NCBI RefSeq assembly: GCF_036321535.1
Contig: NC_087437.1
Location: 82,090,001-82,154,000, forward strand
Length of the DNA stretch: 64,000 bases
Source of the DNA: Camelus dromedarius
Taxonomy: Eukaryota
Direction: 5' to 3'
Position numbers and translations under genes: made by a program. The notes under the pieces were generated by a model. That model did not search any database. It had not been told where the DNA came from and saw only the letters and a program-made list of their open reading frames with translations. Each line of letters starts with the position of its first letter. Position 1 is the stretch's first letter. Below are positions 35,869 through 50,330 of this stretch, piece after piece.

Positions 35869-38089
35869 GCTACCATTCCTCTAGACCAACTACATGCCTA
35901 CCTCCTCTGTAAAATCTTCCCTACCCTCCCAGCCATCATTTTTTTGCTAGTCCTATTGAAAGTTCAACACAAAGTTAAATGAACTTCTAATCAACCTTAT
36001 GGTTTTTTTCCCCCTTTTTGGGGGTCCATTAAACCTCAACATGATCGTTAGCATGTTGAGAACAAGGAACATGTGTGATATTCTTTTGACTTTCTCAATA
36101 TTTATTGATGAAGCCTCACAGTCAAAATTTTTAGCATTTATAGGGGCTTTAGAAAATATCTAATCCAGCCTCCTTCCCCACTTAGAATCCTTCCTTCAAC
36201 AGTTGTTGATCAAAGGCCCTCATATTTCCTACTTGAATGTTTATAATAATGGAAAAATGGGTAAGACAGCTTATAGCTTCTTGTGCAACTTTTGTTGCTA
36301 TTTTTATTATCTGAGCAGCAGGTAGGGAAGACTCACCTTTTCTGATTCACTAATGGCAGTGCACTTGTAGCTTACTTTAGTGGCAGTGGGGAAAGGGCAT
36401 TGAGAAATATATCTCAAAATTGTCTAAAGCAAAAGATGAATAGTCACAGGGTCTTTTATTGTCATGCAAATAAGCCTACCTTAGGGTCAGCAAACTAGGA
36501 ATGTGAACTTTGTTGCCTAATTTATTAATATTACAGCCCTTAACAACTCTGTAAACTATGTTGATTAACCCCACTCAGGTTATGGTTTTATTGCCCTTCA
36601 GAACATTAACCAGTTTTGCATCAAATTTAGCATTATCTCAGCATACTTTTTTATCTGTTCATTCTAATGGAACACCCAGATTTTTAATATTTTATTTCCA
36701 ATTGACTTTGTCACCATGTTAAGTAAAACTTTGACATGTTCACTCATAAATGAGAATTGTGTTTTTAACATTTTGAGAATTATGCTTTGAAGGGGACACA
36801 AATTAAACAAAAACATAAATGTGTGAAGTGTTGGATGATATGGAGAAAAACAAAGCAGGTGTTGTGGGTAAGGAAGTTGAAGTGATGCTCTTTAAAACCC
36901 ATTTTACTGGAAAAACTGAGCCTTCTGTGCTGGGATGAGCTGGCACCTGGGCTTTAAAGGATGTTAGAAGCAACTCTAAATAATAGAGGCTATAAAAATT
37001 TGGCTTTCGGGGTGATTCTGGAGATTAAGTGTGAGCAAAGTTAATTGCTGCATGGCAAGAATCAGAGAAAAGGACATCTCCAGCTGAGAAGTAGCCGGGA
37101 AAGGAAAAAGTCATTTCAGATGGGCTTTTTGTATTTATGATAGGACATGTATTGTAAATTCTCTCCTTCATCTCCTCAGAGATGAAGAAACCCTGATTCT
37201 TCTGAGGAAATCTTCAGAAAACCTAATTCTTTTTTTGGAAATGGATTTTTGGGGGTTAGGTAGAAAAATGGTTCAGTGCTGTTCCAGATTGGCACTAGGC
37301 AAAATCAGTGAGTGCATATGAGAAAACCAGAACTAGAGGATGTCCAGAAGAGGAGAGACAATAAACATCAAAACTATAAAAACATTAGCCATGTTTTTGA
37401 GCACTTACTTTATGCCAGTACCATGAACATACTTCAAATACATTATATCATTACCCCTATGTCTACTTACTAGGTCTTATCATTTTTTTAACACCAAACT
37501 CTTTCAAATGATATCGCCACATTCTGTATTTTTATAATTGATCATTTCACTGAAATTCAAGATTGTTACATTGTAAGTTAGAAATTTCAAATCCTTATTT
37601 GATTACTTTTAGGAGATGTCATCAATACAGTAGGTAACAAGGTACAGATCTGACTTTACTGTCTCTTTTTTCCATCTTGTCCTCCAAATCCCAAGGCTGC
37701 CTTTTTAGTTGAAATAAAGAATTTCTCTGTTATGTCAGATGAGATCCTGGACTGGATCTCTTACTTTTTGCTTTTTGGACTAAGGACACACACTTGGGAG
37801 TTGTTAATGAAGTCAAGGTGTTAATGAAGTCATAATGAATGTGCTGAGAAGGAGTATAAAGAAATTAAACTCTCAGATGTTGATCAATCAATTCAATGAA
37901 GGCAGTGGGCAAGACCATCCAATAAGCATTCATTAATTGTAGTCAGTCTGCCCAGTTACACCTATTAGGGCTGATATAAATCTAAAACAGAGTTTGAATT
38001 TTATGCCTCATTCATGAATCCTGAATTCTGCTATAGTTACAGTGAGTAGCCAACAACCCCACATACTAGCTACAGGCAGAGCACGACCT

Positions 38090-38340
38090 CATGGGACCTA
38101 CAGAACTTGAGATGTCAATTAGGTTGTGTCCCCAGCTCTAGAAATGGGCCACCCACATAACCCCTCTGAAACAGATGGCCAACCACCACATTCCAAAAGT
38201 TCTCCAGAAGAGGAGATTTCACAATATTCTCCGGTAACTGATCGCAGGATTTCACAGACCTACATTTCCTAATATCTAATCTGAATCTTTCTTGCTGATT
38301 TTTAAGCACATTTCCTCTTTTCTATTCTCAGAGGAGGTGG
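38090..38340 (-). mobile_element. CR1/L3 LINE 3' fragment
   Basis: Minus frame QQERFRLDIRK...DQLPENIVKSPLLENF resembles the CR1 ORF2 C-terminus (RFRLDIRK...NRLPREVVESPSLEVF). Confidence 0.7.
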
Positions 38341-39554
38341 GAAACATCTGGAGAATATTTTCCTTAAAATAATAGTTCACATACTTGAAGTCTGCAGTTA
38401 ACTCCTTTTGTTTCTCTAACTGGAATCATGTCAGCTGCCAAAGGGTTTATAAAACACTTGGGAGAACCCCTAAAAGAGAAAGTTCTAAAGCAGAATCCTT
38501 TTTTTGTTTTGTTTAGCTTTTCTTCCCATACTATGAAGATATCATATGTTTGCAAAGCATAGAGCCTCTAAATTCTAGTTCTGACCTAAACTAAGCAAGT
38601 CACCTACCCTGAGTGGGCGTATTTTCTCACTTGCAGAATGGGGACATTGGCTAGATGACTTCAAGTTCCCCTCTTGCTCTAAAATACTATGGTAGCTGTG
38701 GACACCAATAACAAATCCACACTTCAGACCAAATAATTTCATGAATTAAATCCTTTGGATGTCACCTCCCACTTCCAGTTACTTTTCAGTATCTCGCTGT
38801 CCTTTCTTATAGGTGGAGATGAAGCAAGAAGGGTTTGAACAGCCCCCCATGCCCTCATGTATACCTCTGATGAAATAAGCTGTACTTGACCAGAAACCAA
38901 AGGAAGAACCGAAGTAAGAAATAATGTTTAGAGACAAAAGGTGATTTAAAAGTTTTTTTTTTTAAACCATATTCAAAGATTGACTGAAAATGGAAGCTTG
39001 CTGAGAAATCCTTACAAAGTGGCTACAAGTGATAAAACCTTCAATGTATAAGCTCAATTTTCTCCCAGTCATTCAGCAAATAGTATGTATGCCTCCTGTG
39101 GTAGGAATGACAAATGAATATAAAGTCTGCATTTTGAGAAGGAGAAGTAGTGATTAAGTGTGACTTACTCATGTTTTTAGGAGCTACAATATTCATTTTG
39201 CAACAGAAATTGAAGATTCAAAATTTAGAGGCAGCTTTATAGTAAAGCAGGCAAAGATGAGGGCTTCCCAAGAATAAGGTCCTCCCATTCCATGGGCCTA
39301 GTGACGTTCAGCAAGGTAAATTCCTTCTGCCTTCTCTGCACAACAGCTTATGTAAATAACACGATGTGAAATTAAGGTGTTTTCAGGACTTTGCAAGGAA
39401 GAGACGTGTAGGGAAGTCTCATTTAATGTAATCCATTGAGTTGGATATTGTAAAAATATTTACTTAGAGCAAATAACTATAATGTAGTTTTTATATAACT
39501 ACATTAATAATTAATGTAACTATATAACTATAATGTAGCAAAATACAAATATCA

Positions 39555-39870
39555 TGAACATAGAAGTACAAACTTCCAGTTATAAGATAAATCAGTACTA
39601 GGGATGTAATGTACAACATGAGAAATATAATTAGTACTGCTGTATGTTATATATGATAGTCATTAAGAGTGCCCTAAGAGTTCTGATCACAAGGAAAAAA
39701 AGTTTTCCTTTTTCTTTTATTTTGTATCTACATTGATGGATGTTCACTAAGCTTATTGTGGTAATCACTTCATGATGTATGTAAGTCAAATCATTATGCC
39801 GTACACTTTGAACTTATACAGTGCTGAATGTCAATTATCTCTCAACGACACTGGAAGAAAAGAATAAAAT
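39555..39870 (+). mobile_element. L1 (L1MA/MB-like) 3' end
   Basis: acaaacttccagttataagataaatcagtactagggatgtaatgtacaacatg ... gtcaattatctctcaa. Confidence 0.8.
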
Positions 39871-42779
39871 ACAAATTTCATGGAACATATGTTCACTGCA
39901 AACACTTTTATTTCATCCTGAGCTCTTGTGCAGACCAATGGGATTACCAATGAATTTCAACCAGACAAAACTCAGGAATGCCCTTGTCATATGCATAGTT
40001 GAAACTTGGTAGTTCTGGTAGAAGTTGTCCTTTGTAAATAACATTAATGAGTTGAATAAAGTAAAATGATAAAATTGTACTCATTTTCAAAATATCTTAG
40101 GTTGCAGAGACTAGAAAGTTTAAGTCAAGTGAAGCAAAAACACAAAAGCACATAACTTGTTTCCTGAATGACCTTCACCCAGGTCCTGAGCTCAAAGAAC
40201 CTGGGGTCCTAGGCAGCCTCTAGATGTGGGAGGAGGGATGGTGAGGAGGAGCTGGCCTGTGTATGAACTCCAGCTTTTCCTGATGAAGGCTTTCATCTTA
40301 GAAGCTCTTGCCTTTTCTCCTTTTCTGTAATTCTGCATGTCTTCTAGATGCTTTGCTATTGCTCAGACTCTTACCCAAGAAAGGTTGAGAGATGAGGTGA
40401 AACTCAAATGAGTTAGTGTATTCCTTATCATTAAAAGTTCTGCTGAAAGTTCTGAAAGTTGAGTAAGTTGGACTATGAAGTTCGGCAGGCTCAGCTCCTG
40501 GCCCTGAGCCAGGAGGAGAGGGAGCCCTCTGCCAGCAGGGATGTTTCTCCCCATGTTTTCCTAGGACAGTGGCAAGGAGGGACTGAAAAGCACAGGAAGG
40601 TCTCTTTTCTCTGCCCCGTTCTGATTGGCACTTAGTACTTGCTCTATCAGTATACCCAGAAGATTAAGCAAGCAAGCCGACTTGCCGTGTTAGCATTTCC
40701 CTTTTATTAGCTGGCTGTTACGGCAGTAGACCGTTCATTTTGGTATTTTTATAGGAAACTGTGAAACAAACAAAAAATCCCTGAACCAAGGAACAAATCC
40801 TAGCCTTTTCCATCTTTCATAATACTAAAATATTTATTAGTTCAATGACTGTATGGGTACATATATGTCTTTGTGGGTTGAAATGCAAGAGGTAGAGGGC
40901 ACGAGGCAGCCAATTGTTGACTATTTTTCACGTTTAAGCTGGTGATTTGGGGGATTCAATTGTTGAAGTTTTATTTAACTAAGATGACTTTGAGCCACAT
41001 AACCTTGAATGACTTAATATTAAAAGTCAAGCTATAGAGTTGCTATCACACATGGGCAAAACATTAAAAAAAATCAACAGCCCTTGGAAATAAAAATAAT
41101 TAATGCATTTCTTCCAAAATTGCTGCCCTCCTCCCACCCTGCCCACACACACTCATATGGCTGATCTCCAGTCTGAACAGCGAGCCTACTAAAGTTGCAA
41201 TCTGTGCCCCTGGAAATTTCTGAATTATAAAAGAACTAAAAAAATCTCGACAATTTCTTGGTCAGTAAAAATGTGAATTTGTTCTTTCCCTGTTGCGCGG
41301 TACAAGAGTAGCAGAGATCGTTCCACAGGACTGTTCCCAAAAATGAATTGAAATAAAAAAAAAATTTTTTGCTCTCAAGCTGAGGCTAAGCCTAAAACGC
41401 CAAGTTGTGATAAATTGTCAGCCACAGAGAAGGCAGTCTCTAAAATCCACCACTTCTCAACCACAGCTCCATCTAGATAATTAGCCTGCGTGGTAACATC
41501 CTGCCCTTTGAACACAGGCAGAGAACTGAAAGCAACCAAACCACAGCTATCTGGGTATTGGAAGTTCTGTTTCTTTCAGGGGTGGAATTTATTTTGAGGG
41601 AGAAAGAGATGGATGTGCTGTCTGGGAGGAAAATCATAAGGTTTTCACAGTTAATCCACCGATCATTTTTCAGAGAAAATGGAAGTGGAGAAAGGAAAGG
41701 ACAAAGAATTATGTAATAAATGCCAGTTCTTAGAGATACCAAAGTTAAGGAAGCTGGGAGTATAGAAGAGACTTTTCTTTTAATGAGCAAAACTTGCTAC
41801 AAGGCACAAAGAATTCACCAAAAAAACATGGAATTGCACTGATCACCAGGCTTCACAAATGTTATTTCTTCGGACTTAGAGTGTGAGTAGGAAACTGAAT
41901 TGGAGATGAGAGACTTGGGGTGTAGCCACTCCTCTGTCATGATAACACTTGTGGACTTTTCAGGGCCTCTTCTTCCTAACTGTAAAATGTAGGGAGTAAA
42001 TCATAGCAAGAGGGAGCCCAACTACCTGGCGGAAGCAGGGAGATGGAGGGGTGAGAGGAGTTGGCAGCCGGAGTTTGCAGTGAATTGGGAGCACTGCCCC
42101 ATCCAAGGGGTTGGTTGTTGAACCACCCTCTTGTGAACCTGGTTGGGCAGGTTTTCCAATTTTTCAAGAAAAGCCACAAGTTAGGACATTTTGTGAAACC
42201 TCTTCATTTTGAAATTTTGGGCTGATCCTTTTTTTTTTTTTTAATAGTGTCTGGTATGGGAAAAAAATGCCTCCGCAGGCAGAATCCAACATTTAGGCTG
42301 CTGGGTACCTTTGTACCAGGTGGTTTCTAACACCTCTCTTCTTCTAAAACATTGTAGGGGGGTGGTTCCCATGCTTTTATTTGATTGAATTTCTAACTCC
42401 TGGCTTCGTTTCTCTTCACTGTGTCAGTTGATGAGTTTAATTATTAAATTCAACAATTTTATTTTGAATTCTTAGGCACTACTAGGTTAGTGGCTGAAGA
42501 TGTATAAAAATAAGTGAAAAACAAAGACCTGTTCTCAAGAAGTTCCTAGTCAACTGTTGAAAGTTAAATCTTAATCTGGTATAAATGCTTCAATAAAGAC
42601 AAAAAAGATTTTAATCTGGAAGAGGTGTGTTGGTGGTAGGGTTGGTCAGACATAAAATGTCAGAACAAAAGTTCGAAGAATAAGTGGGAATAGTTGAGCA
42701 GAGTAAGGACGGAAGTGAAAGGTATTATTTAGAAACAGACATTGGCAGCTGAAACAGTTAAAAAGCAGCTGTTGGGGAT

Positions 42780-43020
42780 AATGGTTAAGCTAATGGTCAA
42801 CTCTGAGCTAACCCACCTGAATTAAATCCTCTCACTTAGTAGCTCCGTGATCTTAGGCAAGTGACTTAACCTCTCTGTGTTTCCATTTCCTCAGGAAAAA
42901 TTGGGGATGATAACATTATCTGTCTCATGACATTTTTGAGGATAAAAGGGAATTAATTCAAGTAAGATGCTTAGAACAGTGCTTAGACATAGTAAGCACT
43001 GCGTAGGTAGGTGTTAGCTA
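42780..43020 (+). mobile_element. MIR SINE
   Basis: tgatcttaggcaagtgacttaacctctctgtgtttccatttcctc ... gcttagaacagtgcttagacatagtaagcact. Confidence 0.8.
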
Positions 43021-46000
43021 TTGTTTCCAGAAGGAGTAGGGGGGAGGGGAGGGGAGAGGGAGGAGGAGCAAGAGCAGCAGAGGGGATTGTGAGCACATAT
43101 TCCACCATACTTGACTTTATTGCAGTCTCGTTTTTGAAGAGTTTGAAAGTTAACGATTTTTGTGAAATGTTGTGAAATGATGCTGACCAATCGTACCCTT
43201 GTCTGAGGTACCGAACACAGGTAAGGTACAGATAGTTCCTGACAAGCAGATAACAAGTGCGGGATTTGGGTGCCCATCTCTCAGTGCAGCCTGTGCCCAC
43301 CTGCTTGTCACACGTGAGCATGAGTTCAAAAGCTGGGTCCCTTCCTGTTCCCCTTTCCTCAGTGACCCGGCTGCTCTGCAGCCTGGTTTTGTACTGGCCA
43401 CAAGGGCTTTGGCTTTGAAATTCAGAGAACTAAGGAGGCTTCTAGGCAGTGACACCAGCAGGTTGGCCTCGTGGGAGCTGCTGAGGGACTTGGGCTATAT
43501 CTCACTGTTGAAGGAAGTAAAAGTCATGGGTAATAATAACTATAAGCTTTTAGTTCAGAAAAATAATCAGCATACAGTCACTTTTTTTTAGAAGCTTTTA
43601 GATGCTGGTTTTTCATGCCATTTTCAGGGACTTGAGGAATAATAATAGTATTGCTATAGTTAACATCTCTTTAATGTTTACCGTATTACAAGCCTTGTGT
43701 CTGAAAGATTCATGTCCTCCTCCCCCGACCACAGACCCTTGCTTAACTCAAAACTATGTTGAGTTTTGTATCTGAAGAAACACAGACTCCATTCAATATA
43801 TGCTTCTGTTGTAGTTAGTGCAAATCGTAACCTCAAGTCCAAAATACCAAAGAAATCCCCAACTTTTTTTAGCCACAGCACTTATTTAAACAGAAAATAT
43901 TAATTTTACCCCAAATGAAGCAAATTTAAAGGGTATTTTATTTTGAACAATGGTCATGAATTCTGGGAGCTGGTTATTGGGGTCGAGAGGAGCTCTCTCA
44001 AGTGTCCGCAGGCCTGGGGTCAGACCTTTATCTTTGGGAATTCCCTGTATCTAGTTCATAACTATGTACAAAGCAGGCTTTATAAATGCTTGTTGAACAA
44101 ATATATGAATGATGCCATATTTTCATCCTGTCCCCTCCCGCCTTTTCTAAATAGTAAAATAAGATTGGGAGGGGTTGGTGGGAAGACTGAGAGAGCATTA
44201 TGGTTTCTGAATACTGAATCAAGGGGACTCTTCTCTCTGCCTACTGTTTTCATTTACATTTCTGATTTTGTGTCCTGGTGTCTACTGCCAGCTCGAAAGA
44301 ATGAAAAATCCTACATAATAGCCTTTCTTCCTTAGAAATTAATAGAGTGCTCTTTTTGATTAAAAAATAACAAACCTCGGACAAATGGGGAAGGGTTGGC
44401 TGAAGGCAGAATAATCTTGAGGTTGGTGATAATGGTCATTCATCACAGGACGCTTGTAAGAGTGTCTATGGCTACTCCAAAGGTCTTAGACTGGCTTGAG
44501 CTGAATGACAGGGTCACAGAGGCATTGTTCTAAACCTAAAGTCTTAATATTCAATTTAGGACTCAAGACCTCAAGTGAAAAATCTCTGAACTTCTCACCC
44601 TCTATGAAAGTAATCTCTGAGACTCCATTTCCTTGTTTGTAAAACTGAGAGTGTTGGATTAAATGATCCTCAATGTTTCTTTCTAGTCTAAAACCTCCCT
44701 GTCCTTGGCTGTACCCTGTCTAGTCCTTTTTTTGTTATGTCCTAATTATGCCAGATGCTGGAAAGAGTTAGGCCACAGGCTGTGGAGTCAAGTATTAACG
44801 TGCACTTGGATGGAGAGTGAGCAGGGGGAGGAGCGATGAACATTTGATTATTTCACATTCATGTGAACTCTTCAACAACACTTTGCAACGTCCCATGATT
44901 CCATTCCCTGTGATTGTTTTGTGGGCCACATCCTTGCCATGAATTTCTGTCTCCTCACGGTGGAATCCAGCCAAGGACACATTACTGACCACCTGCTCAC
45001 TTTCTTACACAAGATGATTCCTGAGACTTATTTTCTTTGCTTTCTCCTCCTGCTGGTTTATGGCTTTCCCTTATGTAGCAATAAAACTCTTGGAGCATCC
45101 TCTTAGGGATGAATTAATGCCATTTAAGTATATTCCCGTTAGCTTAGCTGCCCTTTGATGGTTCTGTTTAAAAATAAAGGGGAATTGGGGCAACTTGGTT
45201 CTTACTGAAATTTTCCTTCCCGTTGCTTTAACATTACCACTCCTCTGAAACACTTACTTACGCTCCAAGAGAGCTTTGCTAACAATAAAAAAAATTGTCT
45301 GGGAAATACTGTCAGAAGACAAACACACCATCTTTTAGTAATTTTTTTCCCCATTGGAAAGGTATTTACATTACAAAGAGGTCCAGCCCAGCCCATGTGA
45401 ACTTTCCTTGTATTCCTTTAAATATTCAAATTTATAAATAATAAAATGCTTCTGAATTCCAGAAAACAGAGCACTATCTTGTTCTCCACCCTAATAGCAA
45501 ACAGATTAAGGATCGGATGTCACGGTCACATTTCAGCTTTGTGTAGTGTGCAATTTATTTTTTCTTTCCCCACATTTTATTTTATATTTTATTAATTCAT
45601 CTGAATCCTATACTTAATCTGTGTCTGCTCTGGAACAGAATACCCTATGGGATTTAGTTTCCTTTTCTCACAGTCGTGGCCCTGAGAGTTGGAAAGTAGG
45701 AGGGTCTGTCCTGAGCTTGACACTTGCCTCTGTGCGGCCTTGGGTAAGCCACTCAGCTTTTCTAGGCTTCTGGCTTTTCTGCTGTAAGAGAAAAGGATAT
45801 TGAAGGGGGATATTGAGGGGGGAAAAAATCTCCAAAGAGAGGGGGTTTCAGCCACTGTCATGGAAATTACTACTAAAATAAACTATTTTTATTTGTTCCT
45901 TCTTTTGTTTGCTTGAATAGTGAAATTGGTCAGATGATATGCAGTGAGGATTGGGGTAGTGTCACCACGACTCATGACCCGTTTCACTGAGCTCATTACC

Positions 46001-49000
46001 ACACACCACTTTTATTTTCTTATTTATCCCATTCAACAAACATTTTCTGAACCAGCATGCTGGTAACTAAGAAGGACTCAAACACGACTAAGATGTCACC
46101 TCCGCCTCAATGGCAATCCAAGGCAAAGTCTGAAAAAAACACACAGAAAAATGGTCCTGCTTCCTGTCTTGGTCCTGCTTCCTGTTTACCCCCTTTTCCC
46201 TTGTGCTTGCTTCTTCCCTTTCCCTTGTCCTTTCCCAACTCTATCCCTAATTCCTTTGCTCTTTTACAGGTTGTTGATTCCCACCTGGTTTTTACAACGT
46301 CATCAGCCCATTTCAAACCTGAGTCTGAATAAAAGCTCATGTCTTCAAAGGCCAGAGTGGGGCACAGGAATCAAATCATCTTCCCTTGTCACTGAATTCA
46401 AGGGCAGAGTCCTTGTAAGGAAGGAAGAAATGCCAATGTGGGTGACTGGGGTGGCACCTGGAACCAAAATACCTCCTCCATAGTTCTCCTAAGTGCCGAA
46501 ATTTCCAGAACCTGGGAAAGCTAATATGTTTCAGAGATTTTGTGACAGATGATTGGTCTATTATGTAGGACAGGGCCCAAGGCACTGGGATTCAGGCAGT
46601 TTAGGAGAATGGGGCCTGGGGCAGTTTAATGGGTTCTGGGTGTGCTGCCCTGGCTGGGAATGGGTAGACAGTCAGATGGAGGTGCAAGCTAACAGAGATC
46701 TTAGGGAAGTTAGAGGCATGAGATGGGGACATGAAGCTTAGCCTTGCCATGAAGAATCTCTAGTAGCTCCTGGGGAGAAGGGCTGGTCATGACAGCATGA
46801 TTAATCTGTGTTTACTACATCACTATTGAGAGGCAAGAGTTCATGTATTCAAGAAGGATCCCCCGCAGGTTGAACTCTCAAGAAAGGAGATGACCTCCAG
46901 CAAAGCTCCATGGAAACTGGCTATAGCCCAGTCCTAAAATGCTTGAGATGAACAGTCTTGGTCCTTTGCAGGGCTCGGACCTCAACCCTCCCACCCCCAT
47001 CACATCAGAGGAGGGACTGATGCTTCTGAAACATTCACACGGTTGGAGCAAATCCTGCCACTGGCTCACTGCATTATTTAGCTGGAGGTGCAAGGCTTGG
47101 ACTCCATCTCCCAGATAGAAGAGGGGCGAGTGCTCCGCTCAGCCATGATTGATGAGTGTCCAGGAGACGGCTAGAGCCAAAGTTCTGCCACATCATTGTG
47201 CTATTTGATCTTAGCCTCTGATCACACCAGGGGAAGGGCTGGTGCTTCCCTAGACACACAGTTTAAACGCCTCACAGGCGGAGGGGCAGCTTCCTCTCCT
47301 GGAGCCTGACTTCCAGGCCTGCAGGATTTTGTGCATGACCCTAGCCTGGAATGTGCCGAGGATGGGGGCTCCCCTTGCACCTGCTATTGCTTCTCTCTCT
47401 GTAAATTTACCCTAACAAACACTGCTTGGTCCTTTGCCTTTGTTTGCACAACAACCTCCAGATCATACCCTAGTGCTCCACTTGGGGATTAGAGTTCTAA
47501 GAGATAGAGAATGCAGAGAAATGCTTTCACCCATTCATTCATTTATTCATTGATCCATCCATTCACTATTGTTCAGTACTTAGCAAGTGCCAGGTGCTGT
47601 AGACACAACAAAGAGTGGAGAATGAGGTCCCTGTCCTGGAATGACTCACAGTCTAGAGGGGATGGCCAGCCACAGAGTTGATTGCTCAGACTTCTTCCCT
47701 GGGTCAGTTTCCATCTCTGTGAAATTAGTCATGGGAAAACATTCAACTCCTGTTCATGCGTGTTGGGCTTGTATGATAAGTGCCAGCATTTTTACAATCT
47801 CATCCTGGCTTCCCTCCGTCTTCCAGTATGTGATTGGGCTTCTTCTGCACTCTAGTCCTTGATGTGTGTCCACAAAAAACAAACTTATTTTAATATCAGT
47901 CTCAACAAGACTTGCAAAGAATGCAAATGGAAGACATTGCATAGCGAACATAACTTTTGAATTATTTCTATGAGCATCTGGCATTACACAGAAGCATATT
48001 AAAAAAAATGAGTTATCCGTAAGAAAAGTCTGAGGTAGGCAAAGAATTCCTAAATCTACATATGATTTAGCATATAATAACATTCTGAATTTTTTTAGAG
48101 GCATCATACTAGATTCTCACCGCTGAACTCTACTTGTTCTAGCTGCTGCCAAAATCAAATAATAAAATATTTTCACAAACAGGCAAAGAAAATTCCTTTT
48201 TATATATGTTTATCATCAACCCACCTACCTATTCATCTTCCAGTTTATCATTTCTCCCTCCATCTACTTATAGTTATCAGTGTGGGCATAGTGGTACAGA
48301 GACACAAAGGCTGGCTATTTGCTTGATTCTGAGTTCTACTGAGTATAGAAATGGGTATTTCCAACACCTGTTAAAGGATCTTTTGGATTGAACACATAAA
48401 ATGTAATTATGTATTACAATTTACATGAGATTGTTCCTTCAAAGAGCTCAAGTTTCTATAAAGTTACTTTTAAAATAAAGATTTTCAAAATAAAGATCGT
48501 TTGTGACTAGAAGTTATAATAGCCTGAATTTTATTTCGTGTCCTGTCAGAGTCGTGAATCATTAGGTGTTGACAACAATCTGAGCAGAAAGATGATATCG
48601 AAGTGCAGAAGAATCCTGTTAGAGGAGGGTTGGACTCCCTGCTGGCTGCCATTGACCTTAACATCTGGAATAGCCTGCTCACTGTGGTATGGAAACCAGA
48701 CATTACTCTTTACCCCAACACTGGCACTACTAGGGGTCAGTTGAAGTCTTGTTATTAATTCATTGAACACATATTTTGTAAGGGCTGAGAATGTTTTAGA
48801 CACTGCTAACTCTATTAGTAATAGCAATATTAGGCGTAACAGACCTTGAATAAATATTTACCAAGTGCCAGACTCTGCGCTCAGGGCTTTACATAAATTT
48901 TCTCATGCAATGCAATCCTGACAATTCTGGCAGGCAGATGCTATAATATTCATTCTGCAGATATGGAAATGAGGGCCCAAAAAGTTTAAATAACTTGCTC

Positions 49001-49389
49001 CATATCTAGCACTTTAGTAGGGAACATAGTAGGATTTGAATCTGATGGTTTATCTCACTCTTCAGGGATATTCTGGATTAAAGCCACTAGAAGAATCTAT
49101 GGCATCAATGTCTCAGGAAGGCAATTCAACTAAGTGAAGTGCCCCTGCGATCACTGTTGTTTGGCTGTTTGTTTCCACCAGTGCAAATACTGCCAGGAAG
49201 CCTGGCAACACTACTCTTTACAGCTCCAAGCCCTCCTCCACACAGAGCAAATGCCCAGGAGGAATCACAGGGAGTGTGTCCAGTGGTCCCCTCTCCCCTC
49301 CAGTGACCCCTGGATCCTCTTGGCACCATCATCCTCCTGCCCAGGATTGTTCACTGAGATCCTCCACCTAAACCTTCCCCTCTACTTAA

Positions 49390-50330
49390 AAAAAATATAA
49401 TCTCATTTACCTTACAGTTCACTTTTGGTGTTGTACAATCTATGGGTTTTGAGAAATGCGTAAGGACATGTATCCACCATTATAGTATCCTACAGAATAT
49501 TTTTACTGTTTTAATAATTATTTGCTAAAAATGCTCAGCGTTCCACCTATTCACCCCTCTCCCCTCAATCCCTGGCAACCTCTGATCTTTTTACTGTTTC
49601 AATAGTTTTGCCTTTTCCAGAATGTTGTGTAGTTGGAATCACACAGTATGTAGTCTCTTCAGATTGGCTTTTTTCATTTAGTAATATGCATTTAAGTTTC
49701 CTCCATGTCTTTTCATGGCTTGATAGCAAATTGTAAAAATCAAAATATAGTTAATTTTCAATGTTATGTTAGTTTTAGGTATATAATATAGTGATTCAAT
49801 CGTTTTATAGATTATACTCCATTTAAAGTTACAAAATATTGGCTATATTCCCTGTGCTGTTCAATAGATTCTTGTTTCTTATTTTATACATAGTAGTTTG
49901 TACGCCTTAATCCCCTATCCCTAGCTCCCCCTCCCTCATCCCTTTCCCACTGGTAACCACTAGTTTGTTCTCCATGCCTGAGAGTCTATTATCTTTATTC
50001 ATTTGACTTATTTTTTAGATTCAACATTTAAGTGATAACATACAGTGTTTGTCTTTCTCTATCTGACTTTTTTTCATGAAGAATAATACCCTTCAGGTCC
50101 GTCCATGTTGCTGCAAAGGGCAAAATTTCATTCTTTTTTTTATGGCTCAGTAATATTCAATTGTATATCTATATCTATATCTATACACACCTCATCTTTT
50201 TTTCCATTTATTCATCTGTTGATGGGCATAGGTTGCTTCTGTATCTTGGTTTTTGTAAATAAGGCTGATAGCATATTTCTTTTTAGTGCTGAATATCCCA
50301 TTGTCGAGTTGTATTACAGTTTATTTACCA
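49390..50330 (-). mobile_element. Old L1 fragment with a younger L1 3' end (~49740-50262) apparently nested in it
   Basis: ccctggcaacctctgatctttttactg...gatagc, interrupted by ttggctatattccctgtgctg...cactggtaaccactagtttg, then resuming gatagcatatttctttttagtgctgaata. Confidence 0.7.

Noticed and set aside
43039..43060. G-quadruplex consensus GGGGGGAGGGGAGGGGAGAGGG
   Set aside because: A common low-complexity purine tract at a MIR tail, with no supporting context.
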